DNA of 62,097 bases, filler included, from Nitrospirae bacterium CG2_30_53_67 (GTDB taxonomy: Bacteria; CG2-30-53-67), in NCBI GenBank assembly GCA_001873285.1. It is 3 parts of 3 records of this genome, joined end to end, with 100 filler letters (N's around TTAATTAATTAA, not from the genome) between each part and the next. Parts side by side here need not be neighbours in the genome. Positions count along the whole stretch, not along the records: positions 1 to 26,870 come from MNYV01000055.1; 2 more parts are not named here. One strand, 5' to 3'. The notes below the pieces were generated by a model. The model made no database searches. It saw only the letters and a program-made list of their open reading frames with translations, and was not told the DNA's origin. A program made the translations under genes and the position numbers. Positions 1-9,824 of this stretch are shown here, one piece after another; positions within the stretch are counted from its first letter, which is position 1, and the number at the start of each line of letters is the position of its first letter.

Positions 1-40
1 GAACAAATTTACCGTGTCAACGCGGGTCTGCGACAAAAAT

Positions 41-66
41 GCCTGTCCTCCGACTGGATCGGGGGA
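41..66 (-). repeat. Free-standing copy of a 25-26 bp hairpin unit
   Basis: GCCTGTCCTCCGACTGGATCGGGGGA is the exact reverse complement of 107-132. Confidence 0.85.
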
Positions 67-94
67 TTGGTACACATCAGGATTATATAGGGTT

Positions 95-227
95 GTCATT
101 GTCCGGTCCCCCGATCCAGTCGGAGGACAGGCCCGACCGGACAATCCACCCTTCGACAGGCTCAGGGTGACAATTGTCATGGTGAGCTTGTCGAACCATG
201 GATTCCCCGATCGAGTCGGGGAATGAC
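95..227. repeat. Composite palindromic REP/MITE-like element (GTCATT...AATGAC ends), copy 1
   Basis: Ends GTCATTGTCCGG and CGGGGAATGAC; internal inverted TTCGACA(G/A)GCTCA units; near-identical inverted copy at 5790-5925. Confidence 0.85.
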
Positions 228-270
228 GCTCTCAGAGAAATATTTACCCATAAATTTGTCGCACACCCGA

Positions 271-1515
271 TCAACGCCGTTTTTCCCCCCCATGCATCAT
301 GTTTTGAGCGGCGTCGGCCAGACTCTCTGCCTTGTGTTTGGCTTTTTTGAGCAGGCTCCTCGCCCAGACGAACTCGGTTGCGAGGATGCCAAGGCCGGCT
401 GGGATGACGATCACCGCAGGGCCGGGGAGCACGATCATGGCCACGCCGACCAGAAGCACGCTCGTTCCGATGATCAGGACCAGGATCCGCTTCGCATTTT
501 TGTAGGTCAGCCCGGCCAGGCGCTCCATATTCAGGGAGATGGCGGAGGGCTTGGTGGACGCGGTCTTGACAGGGGCGAAGATCGATGCGAGGATGCCGAC
601 CGATAGGATGCCGGCAATGACCGCGAGCGATATAGGCGCCGGGATATGGAAGTGCCTGGAGAGAATCATCTTCATCCCCACAAAGGCCAGGAGGAAGACC
701 AGGCTTGTTTTGATGTATCTCATTTTTTCCATGATACCGGCGATGACAAAGTAGAGCGACCGCAGGCCCAGGATCGCAAAGACGTTTGAGGTGAGCACCA
801 GAAAGGGATCCCGTGTGACGGCGATGACCGCCGGTATGGAGTCGACTGCAAAAAGGACGTCCGTGGTCTCGACCATGAGCAGGGCGAGAAAGAGCGGCGT
901 GACCGCACGTTTTCCGTGGACCCTAGTGAAGAACTTCAACCCGTCATACCGGGTGGTCACCGGGTAAATCTTCCGGGCAAGGCGCACGGCAAGGTTTTTA
1001 TCAGGGTCCACGTTCTCCTGGCTGGAGATGAGCATCTTGACCGCGGTCATCAGAAGGATCGCCCCGAAAACATAGACCACCCACTCAAACCGGTTGATCA
1101 GAGCCAGGCCTCCGGCGATCATAAGACCGCGAAGGACCACGGCGCCGAATATGCCCCAGAAGAGCACCCGATGCTGGTATTTCTGAGGGACCTTGAAATA
1201 GGAAAAGATGAGCGCCATGATGAAGATGTTGTCCAGGCTGAGCGACTCCTCGATGAGGTATCCGGTAAAGAACTGAAGGGCCGCCTGGCTGCCGCTGAGT
1301 CCATCCGGTGTATCAAGCCCGATGCCGAGCCAGTGGTGTTCGTATATATAGTAGACACCCGCGTTGAATGCCAGGGCAAGGGATATCCAGAAGGCGGTCC
1401 AGGCCAGGGACTCGAGCGGGGAGATTGCATGGGCCTTGCGGTTAAAAACACCGAGGTCAAGGACAAGAACGGCCGCGACCAGGGAGAAGAAACCGATCCA
1501 GATCCAGATACTCAT
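271..1515 (-). CDS. TerC/Alx family membrane protein with a C-terminal PGPGW-like domain
   Basis: YLIEESLSLDNIF, QHRVLFWG and DVLFAVDSIPA TerC motifs; C-terminal MIVLPGPAVIVIPAGLGILATEFVWA. Confidence 0.9.
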   Translation of the reverse strand: MSIWIWIGFFSLVAAVLVLDLGVFNRKAHAISPLESLAWTAFWISLALAFNAGVYYIYEHHWLGIGLDTPDGLSGSQAALQFFTGYLIEESLSLDNIFIMALIFSYFKVPQKYQHRVLFWGIFGAVVLRGLMIAGGLALINRFEWVVYVFGAILLMTAVKMLISSQENVDPDKNLAVRLARKIYPVTTRYDGLKFFTRVHGKRAVTPLFLALLMVETTDVLFAVDSIPAVIAVTRDPFLVLTSNVFAILGLRSLYFVIAGIMEKMRYIKTSLVFLLAFVGMKMILSRHFHIPAPISLAVIAGILSVGILASIFAPVKTASTKPSAISLNMERLAGLTYKNAKRILVLIIGTSVLLVGVAMIVLPGPAVIVIPAGLGILATEFVWARSLLKKAKHKAESLADAAQNMMHGGEKRR

Positions 1516-2795
1516 TATAAGCCCTTTAAACTTTTTCCGCAGGCCTCGATGGTCTTTTCGATGTCCTCTTCGGTGTGGGCCAGGGACATGAAGGCCGCCT
1601 CAAACTGGGAGGGCGCCAGGTTCACGCCATTCTTCAGCATGTTGTGAAAGAATTTCCCGAAACGTTTCGTGTCCGACCGGGACGCGCTTGCATAGTCCGA
1701 GACCGGATCACCCGTGAAGAAGGTGCAGAACATAGCGCCCACACGGGTCTGGTAGGCCGGAATGCCGGCTTTGCCGAAGGCCGTCCGGATCCCGGCGCAG
1801 AGCATGTCCGTGCTGCGCTCCAGTTTTTCATAGGCGCCGGGTTCAGAGAGGATCTTCAGGGTTTCGATCCCCGCGGTCATGGCCAACGGGTTCCCGGAGA
1901 GGGTCCCGGCCTGGTAGATGGGCCCCGAGGGCGAGACTTGTTCCATGATCTCTCTCCGGCCGCCGTAGGCCCCGACCGGAAGGCCTCCACCGATGATCTT
2001 GCCGAGGGTTGTCATGTCGGGCCGCACGCCGTAGCGTTCCTGGGCGCCTCCATAAGCCGCCCGGAACCCGCTCATCACCTCGTCGAAGATCAGCACGATC
2101 CCGTGTTCCTGGGTGATCTTTTTCAGACCTTCGAGAAAACCTTTTCCGGGAGGGATCACGCCCATGTTGCCCGGCAGGGGTTCGAGAATGATGCAGGCGA
2201 TCTCTTCCCCTTGTTTTTCAATGATCTCCTGCACGGCATGGAGGTCATTAAACGGCGCGGTGAGGGTGTTTCTCGCATAGTCCTTGGGCACACCCGGGCT
2301 GGTCGGGACGCCGAAGGTCGCGGCGCCGGATCCGGCCTTGACCAGCAGGCCGTCGGCGTGTCCGTGGTAGCACCCTTCAAACTTGATGATCTTGTCCCTT
2401 CCGGTGAATCCCCTTGCCACGCGGATCGCGCTCATGGTCGCCTCGGTCCCGGAGTTGACCATGCGGACCATCTCGATGGACGGCACGGCGTCTATAACCA
2501 TTTGGGCCAGCTCGATCTCGAGTTCCGTGGGGGCGCCGAAGCTCGTCCCTTTGGCGAGTGCCCGGGTCAATGTCTCGATCACCCTCGGATGGGCATGCCC
2601 CACGATCATGGGGCCCCAGGATCCCACATAGTCGATGTACGCATTGCCGTCCACGTCGTAGATCCTGCTCCCCTCCGCCCGTTCGATAAAGATCGGCGTT
2701 CCGCCTACGGATTTAAACGCCCTGACCGGACTGTTGACCCCGCCTGGGATGAGTTTTATTGCCTGCTGAAACAATTTTTCCGACCGATTCGTCAT
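1515..2795 (-). CDS. hemL: Glutamate-1-semialdehyde 2,1-aminomutase
   Basis: [47 protein letters not shown]; start placed at MTNRSEK behind AAGGAG. Confidence 0.97.
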   Translation of the reverse strand: MTNRSEKLFQQAIKLIPGGVNSPVRAFKSVGGTPIFIERAEGSRIYDVDGNAYIDYVGSWGPMIVGHAHPRVIETLTRALAKGTSFGAPTELEIELAQMVIDAVPSIEMVRMVNSGTEATMSAIRVARGFTGRDKIIKFEGCYHGHADGLLVKAGSGAATFGVPTSPGVPKDYARNTLTAPFNDLHAVQEIIEKQGEEIACIILEPLPGNMGVIPPGKGFLEGLKKITQEHGIVLIFDEVMSGFRAAYGGAQERYGVRPDMTTLGKIIGGGLPVGAYGGRREIMEQVSPSGPIYQAGTLSGNPLAMTAGIETLKILSEPGAYEKLERSTDMLCAGIRTAFGKAGIPAYQTRVGAMFCTFFTGDPVSDYASASRSDTKRFGKFFHNMLKNGVNLAPSQFEAAFMSLAHTEEDIEKTIEACGKSLKGL

Positions 2796-2899
2796 GGATT
2801 CTTCTCCTTCTCTGCATTTGCCGCCAGACATTAAGTAACATTTTCAAAGGGGTTCTGTCAACGGGGATATAGGGCCCGAATCCCGATTATGAATCCTGT

Positions 2900-3163
2900 T
2901 TACGGGGCATAGGTCAGGAATGCGATGAGCATGAGCAGGAGAGGAAAGACCATGTGCGGAATAACGAAGGGCCAGCGGATGTCCCTGCATGCTTTCCTGA
3001 AGCAGATCAGATGGAGGTACCCGAAGACCAGAATAGAGAACAGAGAAACCCATGGGTTCTCCCGGATCAGGAGGAGCATCAGGGCCATGAAATAGATCAG
3101 ATCAAAAAAGAACAGGCTCAAGAGGTGAAAGATAATCTCGCCGTGGTAACGCCGGATGAACAT
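2900..3163 (-). CDS. Small hypothetical membrane protein (about 87 aa, ~3 hydrophobic segments)
   Basis: Co-oriented between hemB and hemL; GGAGG upstream of MFIRRYHG; strongly hydrophobic. Confidence 0.6.
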   Translation of the reverse strand: MFIRRYHGEIIFHLLSLFFFDLIYFMALMLLLIRENPWVSLFSILVFGYLHLICFRKACRDIRWPFVIPHMVFPLLLMLIAFLTYAP

Positions 3164-3182
3164 CTCTCTTTGCCCTCCATCC

Positions 3183-4151
3183 CTAAAGGAGTTTTGCCGC
3201 ATCCTTGGCCCAGTAGGTGAGGATCATATCCGCTCCGGCCCGTTTGATGGCCGTGAGGGATTCCATCATGACTTTCTTTTCATCGAGCCATCCGAGTTTG
3301 GCCGCGGCCTTGAGCATGGCGTATTCCCCGCTGACGTTGTAGGCCGCGACCGGGAGATCGAATTCCTCCCGCACGCGGTAGATGATGTCGAGATAGGGGA
3401 GGGCGGGCTTGACCATGAGGATGTCCGCGCCTTCGGATGCATCCAGCTCGGCCTCGCGCATGGCCTCCCGCGTATTGGCCGGGTCCATCTGGTAGGATGA
3501 CCGGTCTCCGAACTTGGGCGGGGATTCGGCCGCATCCCGGAAGGGTCCGTAAAAGGCCGAGGCATATTTGACCGCATAGGACATAATGGGGATCGCCTCA
3601 AACCCTTCTTCATCCAGGGCGTCCCGGATCGCCCCGACCCGGCCGTCCATCATGTCCGACGGCGCGACCATGTCGGCGCCGGCTCGGGCATGGGACACGG
3701 CCTCCCTGGCCAGAAGCTCAAGCGTCGTGTCATTGAGGACCTCTCCATTTTCCACGATGCCGCAATGGCCGTGGCTGGTATATTCGCAAAGGCAGACATC
3801 GGTGATGACCATGAGGTCCGGGACCTTGTCCTTGAGCGCCCGCACCGCCGTCTGGATGATCCCACGGTCATCGTAGGCCCCGGAACCCATCTCGTCCTTG
3901 GTCTTGGGGATGCCGAAGAGGATGACGGCGGGGATGCCGAGTCCATGCACGGTCTTGGCCTCTTTGATCAGGTGGTCCACGGAGAACTGAAAATTCCCCG
4001 GCATGGAGGAGATCTCCTTACGCACATTCTTCCCGTGGATCACGAACATGGGATAGATCAGATCATCCACGGAGAGGGCGGTCTCCCGGATCATCCTCCG
4101 CCATTGCGGGTTCTTCCGCATCCTTCGCGGCCGGTAGCTGGGAAAGAACAT
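3183..4151 (-). CDS. hemB: Porphobilinogen synthase (ALA dehydratase), Zn-type
   Basis: [41 protein letters not shown]. Confidence 0.98.
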   Translation of the reverse strand: MFFPSYRPRRMRKNPQWRRMIRETALSVDDLIYPMFVIHGKNVRKEISSMPGNFQFSVDHLIKEAKTVHGLGIPAVILFGIPKTKDEMGSGAYDDRGIIQTAVRALKDKVPDLMVITDVCLCEYTSHGHCGIVENGEVLNDTTLELLAREAVSHARAGADMVAPSDMMDGRVGAIRDALDEEGFEAIPIMSYAVKYASAFYGPFRDAAESPPKFGDRSSYQMDPANTREAMREAELDASEGADILMVKPALPYLDIIYRVREEFDLPVAAYNVSGEYAMLKAAAKLGWLDEKKVMMESLTAIKRAGADMILTYWAKDAAKLL

Positions 4152-4156
4152 GATGG

Positions 4157-5725
4157 TTAATCCTCCTTTTTTTTCTCTATATTATACGGTTCCCCGAACA
4201 AACGCAAGATCGAATCGGAAAGCGAGCTTAAGGTGGACGATTCGGGTTCGAGCGCCACCTCCAATCCCTGTTTCCTGGCAGCATTCCCTGTCACCGGGCC
4301 GATGCAGGCGATCCGGATTCCCTGAAGGGCCCCGCTCAGCCCCTCCTTTTCCACGGACGTCATGAAATTATTTACATTGGAAGGACTGGTGAAGACGATC
4401 AGATGGGCCTTTCTCTTGACCAGGATCTCCTGAAGGTCCTTGGGGTTGATCTCCGGCGGGACATTGCGGTAGACCGGGGCGACCACCACCTCGGCCCCCT
4501 CGTCCCTCAGGGTGTCTGGAAGGATCTCCCGGGCCTTTTCCGCCCTCGGGATCAGGATCTTGGCGCCGTGCAGATCGCCCTCTGCCTTGAGGGCCCGGAT
4601 CACCCCTTCGCCCCGGAATTCCTCAGGGATCAGGTCCGTCCGGATCCCTTTATCGAGAAGGGCCTGTGCCGTGGCCGTTCCCACGGTGATGATCCGGATC
4701 CCCTTGAGGTCACGGGCGTCCCGGCCCCGGGAAATGAGCCGGTCCATGAATCCCCGGACTGCGTTGGCGCTGGTGAAGACCGCCCAGTGGAAGGAGGAAA
4801 ACTCATCTATGGCACGATCCAGGATCTCAAAGCTCTCCGGCGGGACGATCCGGATGGTGGGAAGATAAAAGATCTCGGCGCCGAACCGTTCCAGGTGTTC
4901 GGAGAAGTCTCCGGCCTGCTCTCTCTCACGGGTGAGGACGATCCGTTTCCCGAAGAGGGGGAGCCGCTCCGCCCATTGGAGCTTGTCCCGAAGGGTCACG
5001 CTCTCCCCCACGATCATGATGGCCGGGGCCTTGAAGTCCGCGGCCTGCGCCTTTTCGTAGATGTCGGAGAGGGTTCCGCACAGGGTTTCCTGGTCCGGGG
5101 TGGTGGCCCACCGGATCAGGGCCACCGGGGTCTTAGGGGACCGGCCGTGGGCCATGATCTTCAGGACGTTTTCCTTGAGGTTTCCGATTCCCATGTAGAT
5201 TACCAGGGTCCCGACGCCGGTGCTGAGTTTTGCCCAGTCCACGGAGGGGCCGGATTTTTCAGACCCCTCATGTCCGGTCACGAAGGCCACGGTCGAGGAG
5301 AGGTTCCGGTGGGTCAGGGGGATTCCTGCGTAGGCCGCTGCGGCCGTGGCCGCGGGGATCCCCGGCACGATTTCGAACTCAATCCCCTGCTTGACAAGTT
5401 CCTCGGCCTCTTCGCCTCCACGGCCGAAGAGGAGCGGGTCCCCGCCCTTGAGCCGGCCCACGGTGCGGCCCTCTCGGGTCTTCTCAATCAGGATCTGATT
5501 GATCTCGTCCTGGTGCAGGGTGTGATGGACGCCGGTCTTCCCGGCGTAAATGATCTCGCAGCCTTTTCTCGCGTATTGAAGAAATTTCTGATTGGCCAGG
5601 TGGTCATAGAGAAGGACATCGGAGTCCTGAATGCACTCAATGGCCCTGAGAGTGATCAGTTTGGGATGTCCCGGTCCGGCGCCGATCAGGTAGACCTTTC
5701 CATTTTTGGGCCTTTCACGAAGCAA
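4157..5725 (-). CDS. cobA: Uroporphyrinogen-III C-methyltransferase / uroporphyrinogen-III synthase fusion (CobA-HemD)
   Basis: [25 protein letters not shown], then HemD domain ([20 protein letters not shown]); TTG start uncertain. Confidence 0.93.
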   Translation of the reverse strand: MLRERPKNGKVYLIGAGPGHPKLITLRAIECIQDSDVLLYDHLANQKFLQYARKGCEIIYAGKTGVHHTLHQDEINQILIEKTREGRTVGRLKGGDPLLFGRGGEEAEELVKQGIEFEIVPGIPAATAAAAYAGIPLTHRNLSSTVAFVTGHEGSEKSGPSVDWAKLSTGVGTLVIYMGIGNLKENVLKIMAHGRSPKTPVALIRWATTPDQETLCGTLSDIYEKAQAADFKAPAIMIVGESVTLRDKLQWAERLPLFGKRIVLTREREQAGDFSEHLERFGAEIFYLPTIRIVPPESFEILDRAIDEFSSFHWAVFTSANAVRGFMDRLISRGRDARDLKGIRIITVGTATAQALLDKGIRTDLIPEEFRGEGVIRALKAEGDLHGAKILIPRAEKAREILPDTLRDEGAEVVVAPVYRNVPPEINPKDLQEILVKRKAHLIVFTSPSNVNNFMTSVEKEGLSGALQGIRIACIGPVTGNAARKQGLEVALEPESSTLSSLSDSILRLFGEPYNIEKKKED

Positions 5726-5789
5726 AGCAGATCCTCCAAATATACATAGAGTAATAAATATGCACAGCGACAGAAGTCGTAATCAGTTT

Positions 5790-5925
5790 GTCATTCCACG
5801 ACCCTCCGATCGGGGGATTGGAGGGCATGCTTGATCGGGGAATCCATGGTTCGACAAGCTCACCATGACAATTGTCACCCTGAGCCTGTCGAAGGGTGGA
5901 TTGTCCGGTCGAGCCGGACAATGAC
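5790..5925. repeat. Composite palindromic REP/MITE-like element, copy 2 (inverted relative to 95-227)
   Basis: Core is the reverse complement of the core of 95-227; carries a different hairpin insert at 5802-5829. Confidence 0.85.
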
Positions 5926-5953
5926 GTTATTCAACCATTTTTAGAAGAAATGG

Positions 5954-6886
5954 TTATCGTTGTTTATAGACTTCCTCCAGGATCTTGTCCGCACCGGCTT
6001 CGAGGAGCCGTTCGGCCAGCTTGACCCCGAGAGATTCTCCCCGGGTCCTGGGTCCCATGATCTCGTCCCGGATCAGGGTCTTCCCGTCCACGCTCCCCAC
6101 CAGACCCCTCAGGCGCATGGTATGGTTTTCGATCTCGGCGTATGCCGCGATGGGGACCTGACAGCCCCCTTCGAGCCTTTTCAGCAGGGCGCGTTCCGAC
6201 GTGACGGCGTCAAAGGTCTCCCGGTGCAGAAGAAAAGCGATTTGGCTGTTGATCCATGGATCCTCCCTGCGGCACTCAATGCCCACGGCCCCCTGGCCGA
6301 TGGCCGGAAGCGAGATCTCAGGGGAGAGCAACTCGGTGATCTTGTCGCCCCAGCCCATCCTCCGGATCCCTGCGGCCGCGAGGATCACGGCATCCAGGCC
6401 TTCGGTGTCGAGTTTGCGGATCCGGGTGTCGAGGTTGCCCCGCAGGGTGACCATTTTGAGGTCCGAGCGCAGGTGCAGGAGCTGGGCCTGCCGTCGGAGA
6501 CTGCTGGTTCCGATTTTAGCGCCCTGCGGCATTTCGGAAAACTTAAGTCCGCGGGAGATCAGGGCGTCCCTGGGGTCTTCCCGTTTGCAGATGACCGGGA
6601 GGTGGAGCGGATCAGGAAGGTCAGTGGGCACATCCTTGATGCTGTGTACGGCGATATCGATCTTGCCGTCCATGAGGGCCTCTTCAATCTCTTTGACAAA
6701 GAGCCCCTTGCCTCCCACCCGGGCCAGAGGCACATCGAGAATTTTGTCTCCGGTGGTCTTGATCTTGATCAGGGAGACCGACAGGTCTTTGTCCTTGGAC
6801 TCCAGGGATTCCTTGATCCAGTTGGCCTGCCAGAGTGCGAGCCGGCTTCCGCGCGTCCCGATTCGTATCTCATTTTTCTTCTGCAT
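5954..6886 (-). CDS. hemC: Hydroxymethylbilane synthase
   Basis: IGTRGSRLALWQA, GGKGLFVKEIE, VHSIKD, LEGGCQVPI. Confidence 0.98.
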   Translation of the reverse strand: MQKKNEIRIGTRGSRLALWQANWIKESLESKDKDLSVSLIKIKTTGDKILDVPLARVGGKGLFVKEIEEALMDGKIDIAVHSIKDVPTDLPDPLHLPVICKREDPRDALISRGLKFSEMPQGAKIGTSSLRRQAQLLHLRSDLKMVTLRGNLDTRIRKLDTEGLDAVILAAAGIRRMGWGDKITELLSPEISLPAIGQGAVGIECRREDPWINSQIAFLLHRETFDAVTSERALLKRLEGGCQVPIAAYAEIENHTMRLRGLVGSVDGKTLIRDEIMGPRTRGESLGVKLAERLLEAGADKILEEVYKQR

Positions 6887-6966
6887 GATATGTCCTTATG
6901 GTCCCTTCACCGAGTTCAGGCTGGGGTTATTTTTTTATCGACCTGCAAGATGACGTTCATGAACAT

Positions 6967-8241
6967 TCAGTCTTCTTCGGATTTTTCCAGTCGAAAGATC
7001 TCCTTGAGGATCTGTATGAAAGTCTCCTTCTCTTGCCTGTGGCTGTACATTTTCAAGGCCTGCGTGGGCCCGTGCAGGATCTTGTTGATCATGGAGACGG
7101 ACATGGATTCGATGGCCTTCTTGTCCTGCTCCGAGATCCCGTTTAACTTGGGGAGGGTCTTTTTCAGTTCTTCCCGGCGGATCTGTTCCAGCCGTTCCCG
7201 GAGAAGCACGATCAGAGGGGTGACCTCCAGTGATGCCATCCATTTCAGGAAGGCCAAGACCTCTTCGGAGACGATGGTGTCGGCCTTTTCGGCTTCTTTT
7301 TCCCGTCCCTCGATGTTGGTGTGCACCACCGACTGCAGGTCGTCAATGTCATAGAGGTAGACGTTGTCGATCTTATTGATCTCAGGATCCAGGTCCCTGG
7401 GTACGGCGATGTCGATCATGAGGATCGGTTTGTTGCGCCTCAAGTGAAGGACGTCCTTAACCTGATGATGGTGGAGGATATAATGGGGCGAGCCGGTTGA
7501 GGTGATAATGATATCGGTATGGATCAGGGAGTTGATGAAATCTTCAAAGCGGATGGCGCTTCCTCGGAACTCCTGTGCCAGTTCCACGGCCCTGCTGTAG
7601 GTCCGGTTGGTGACCAGAATTTTTCCGGCGCCGTTGTTCATGAGGTGCCGGGCCGCGAGCTCGCTCATTTCTCCGGCCCCGATCAGCATCACGGTCTTGT
7701 CCGTGATGTCCTCAAAGATTTTTTTGGCGAGTTCCACGGCCGCATAACTGATGGAGACGGCGTTCTTCGCGATCTCTGTCTCTGTCTTGACCCGCTTGGC
7801 CACGGCAAAGGCCTTGTGCATCAGCCGGTTCAGGATCAAGCCCGTGGCGTGGTTCTCCAAGGCGATGGTATAAGCGCTCTTGATCTGCCCTAGGATCTGA
7901 GGCTCGCCGACCACCATGGAGTCGAGCGATGATGCCACCCGGAAGAGGTGCAGGACCGCTTCCTCGTCCTTAAGGACATAGATATACGGATCAAGGGAAC
8001 TCACGGGCGTATTTTTTCCCGATCCGAGGAAACTCTTGATCTGCTCGATTCCCTTCTCCGGATGGCTGCTCAGCGTGAGAATCTCCACGCGGTTGCAGGT
8101 GGAGAGGATCAGGCATTCCTGGATGGCCTCGCTTTTCAGTTTTATAAGGAGATCGGGAAGGGTATCCACGGGCATGGAAAGCTTTTCCCGAAGCTCCACC
8201 GGCGCTGTCTTGTGGCTCATCCCGACCAGTAAAATACCCAT
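6967..8241 (-). CDS. hemA: Glutamyl-tRNA reductase
   Basis: HKTAPVELRE, LSTCNRVE, SLDSMVVGEPQILGQ, IGAGEM, IDIAVPRD. Confidence 0.98.
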   Translation of the reverse strand: MGILLVGMSHKTAPVELREKLSMPVDTLPDLLIKLKSEAIQECLILSTCNRVEILTLSSHPEKGIEQIKSFLGSGKNTPVSSLDPYIYVLKDEEAVLHLFRVASSLDSMVVGEPQILGQIKSAYTIALENHATGLILNRLMHKAFAVAKRVKTETEIAKNAVSISYAAVELAKKIFEDITDKTVMLIGAGEMSELAARHLMNNGAGKILVTNRTYSRAVELAQEFRGSAIRFEDFINSLIHTDIIITSTGSPHYILHHHQVKDVLHLRRNKPILMIDIAVPRDLDPEINKIDNVYLYDIDDLQSVVHTNIEGREKEAEKADTIVSEEVLAFLKWMASLEVTPLIVLLRERLEQIRREELKKTLPKLNGISEQDKKAIESMSVSMINKILHGPTQALKMYSHRQEKETFIQILKEIFRLEKSEED

Positions 8242-9053
8242 TAAAACCGCTCCGGATTATGATAGCTGGATAGAAACAGGTTCACTCCCAAAAAGGCGAA
8301 GACCAGCACGGCAAAGCCGATAATGGCCATGGTGGCGGACCGCCTCCCCCGCCACCCCACGGTCAACCTGCCGTGGAGGAGGGCGGCGTAGATCAACCAG
8401 GTGATGATCGACCAGATCTCTCTGGGATCCCCCTGCAGGTAACTTCCGAGGGCAACCCGTGCCCATAGGGCTCCGCTGATGATGCCGAGGGTCAGGAGCA
8501 GGAAACCGGTCGTGATGACCCGATGGTTCAGGGCGTCCAGGACCTCCAGGGAGGGGAGCTTGCGGAAGGTCGCCCCGAACCGGCGGGTTTTCAACTGGTT
8601 CTCCTGGAGAATGTACATGAGGCTGACGGCAAAGGCCAGGGCAAAGGCCGCATCCCCCAGAAAGGCCAGGCTCACATGGATGGCGAGCCAGGAACTCTTG
8701 AGGAGCGGCGAGAGATTCCGGATTTCATGGGGCAGCAGGGCCGGATAGAGCAGGGAGATGAAGGCCAGGGGGATGATGAAGGACCCGAGAATCAGGATCT
8801 TGTAGCGGTATTCCAGAATCAGGAAAATCAGGATGATGGCCCAGGAGAAGAAAGACATCCCTTCCTGAAAGTTGGTGACGGGGAGATGCCCCAAATGGAT
8901 GGTGTTCAGGGCGATGGCGGCGGTATGCAGCAGGAACCCGATGACGGCGCTCACCATATAGGCCCTTCCAAGGCTCTTTTTGGGGGTCACAAAATAAAGC
9001 AGGCAGTTGATGGTCGCGAGGAGGTAAAAAACCAGGGCAAGCTTGAGTATCAT
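8241..9053 (-). CDS. ccsA: Cytochrome c assembly protein (CcsA/HemX-like)
   Basis: Multi-TM; WLAIHV, GIISGALWA...DPREIWSIITWLIYAALLH WWD-like region; upstream of hemA. Confidence 0.88.
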   Translation of the reverse strand: MILKLALVFYLLATINCLLYFVTPKKSLGRAYMVSAVIGFLLHTAAIALNTIHLGHLPVTNFQEGMSFFSWAIILIFLILEYRYKILILGSFIIPLAFISLLYPALLPHEIRNLSPLLKSSWLAIHVSLAFLGDAAFALAFAVSLMYILQENQLKTRRFGATFRKLPSLEVLDALNHRVITTGFLLLTLGIISGALWARVALGSYLQGDPREIWSIITWLIYAALLHGRLTVGWRGRRSATMAIIGFAVLVFAFLGVNLFLSSYHNPERF

Positions 9054-9098
9054 ATCAATAGTTTTTCCTTTCTTCGGAACAAAAATCTTTTTTCAACC

Positions 9099-9728
9099 TT
9101 AAACCAGCATGGCAAATTGCTTGAGGATCGAAAGGCCTGCCTCCTGGCTCTTTTCCGGATGGAACTGTGTGGCAAAGAGGTTATCCTTCCAGATCATGGA
9201 TGTAAAATCCATGCCGTAGCACGTGGTGGCGGCAATGATTTCGGGGTCATCCGGCGCCACATAATAGGAGTGGACAAAATAGAGATAGGTCCGATCCGGC
9301 ACCTCTTTGAGGATGGGCGGATTCTTAACCTTATGGATGGTGTTCCATCCCATGTGAGGGATTTTACGGAGGTCGGACGGGTCGGAATCCGTCCGTTCAA
9401 AATGGAACCGGACGACTTTTCCGGGAATCAGGCCGAGCCCGGGGGTCTTCCCGAACTCATCGCTTTCCGTGAAGAGGATCTGCATGCCGAGACAGATCCC
9501 CAGGTAGGGTTTACCCTTTTGGATATGTTCGACGATCGGATCGATGAGCCGGAGGGCCGCTAAATTCTTCATGCAGTCCTTGAAGGCGCCCACACCCGGG
9601 AGCACGAGGGCCGAGGCCTTCCGGACGGCCTCAGGTTCTCGGACAATCTCAGCCTTGAAGCCGGTTTTCTCAAAACCCTTTTGCACGCTTCTGATGTTTC
9701 CCATACCGTAATCGACAATAGCAATCAT
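9099..9728 (-). CDS. hisH: Imidazole glycerol phosphate synthase, glutamine amidotransferase subunit
   Basis: IVDYGMGN, LPGVGAF, GICLGMQ, PHMGWN, TQFHPEKS. Confidence 0.97.
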   Translation of the reverse strand: MIAIVDYGMGNIRSVQKGFEKTGFKAEIVREPEAVRKASALVLPGVGAFKDCMKNLAALRLIDPIVEHIQKGKPYLGICLGMQILFTESDEFGKTPGLGLIPGKVVRFHFERTDSDPSDLRKIPHMGWNTIHKVKNPPILKEVPDRTYLYFVHSYYVAPDDPEIIAATTCYGMDFTSMIWKDNLFATQFHPEKSQEAGLSILKQFAMLV

Positions 9729-9824
9729 CTCGACCTCGGATATTAAAAAAACCGTCCGAACCGTTCAAATGATTGTAAGATGAGGCGGGGCCAATGTCAA
9801 CAGGTGTTAATTTTATTTTGGTGT

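Noticed and set aside
14..226. Short ORFs sharing the peptide QAHHDNCHPEPVEG / QAQGDNCHGELVEP (also 5715-5921) and MVLFVN ORFs (44143-44446, 61843-62028)
   Set aside because: Translations of palindromic repeats and MITEs, not genes.
1516..1560. yybP-ykoY Mn riboswitch upstream of the TerC gene
   Set aside because: There is no leader: the TerC start overlaps the hemL stop codon.
1575..7354. Long plus-strand ORFs (1575-2834, 4403-5749, 5960-7354) and similar ones elsewhere (14906-16000, 25284-26687, 30283-31281)
   Set aside because: Antisense shadows of well-supported genes in GC-rich DNA, with no recognisable motifs.
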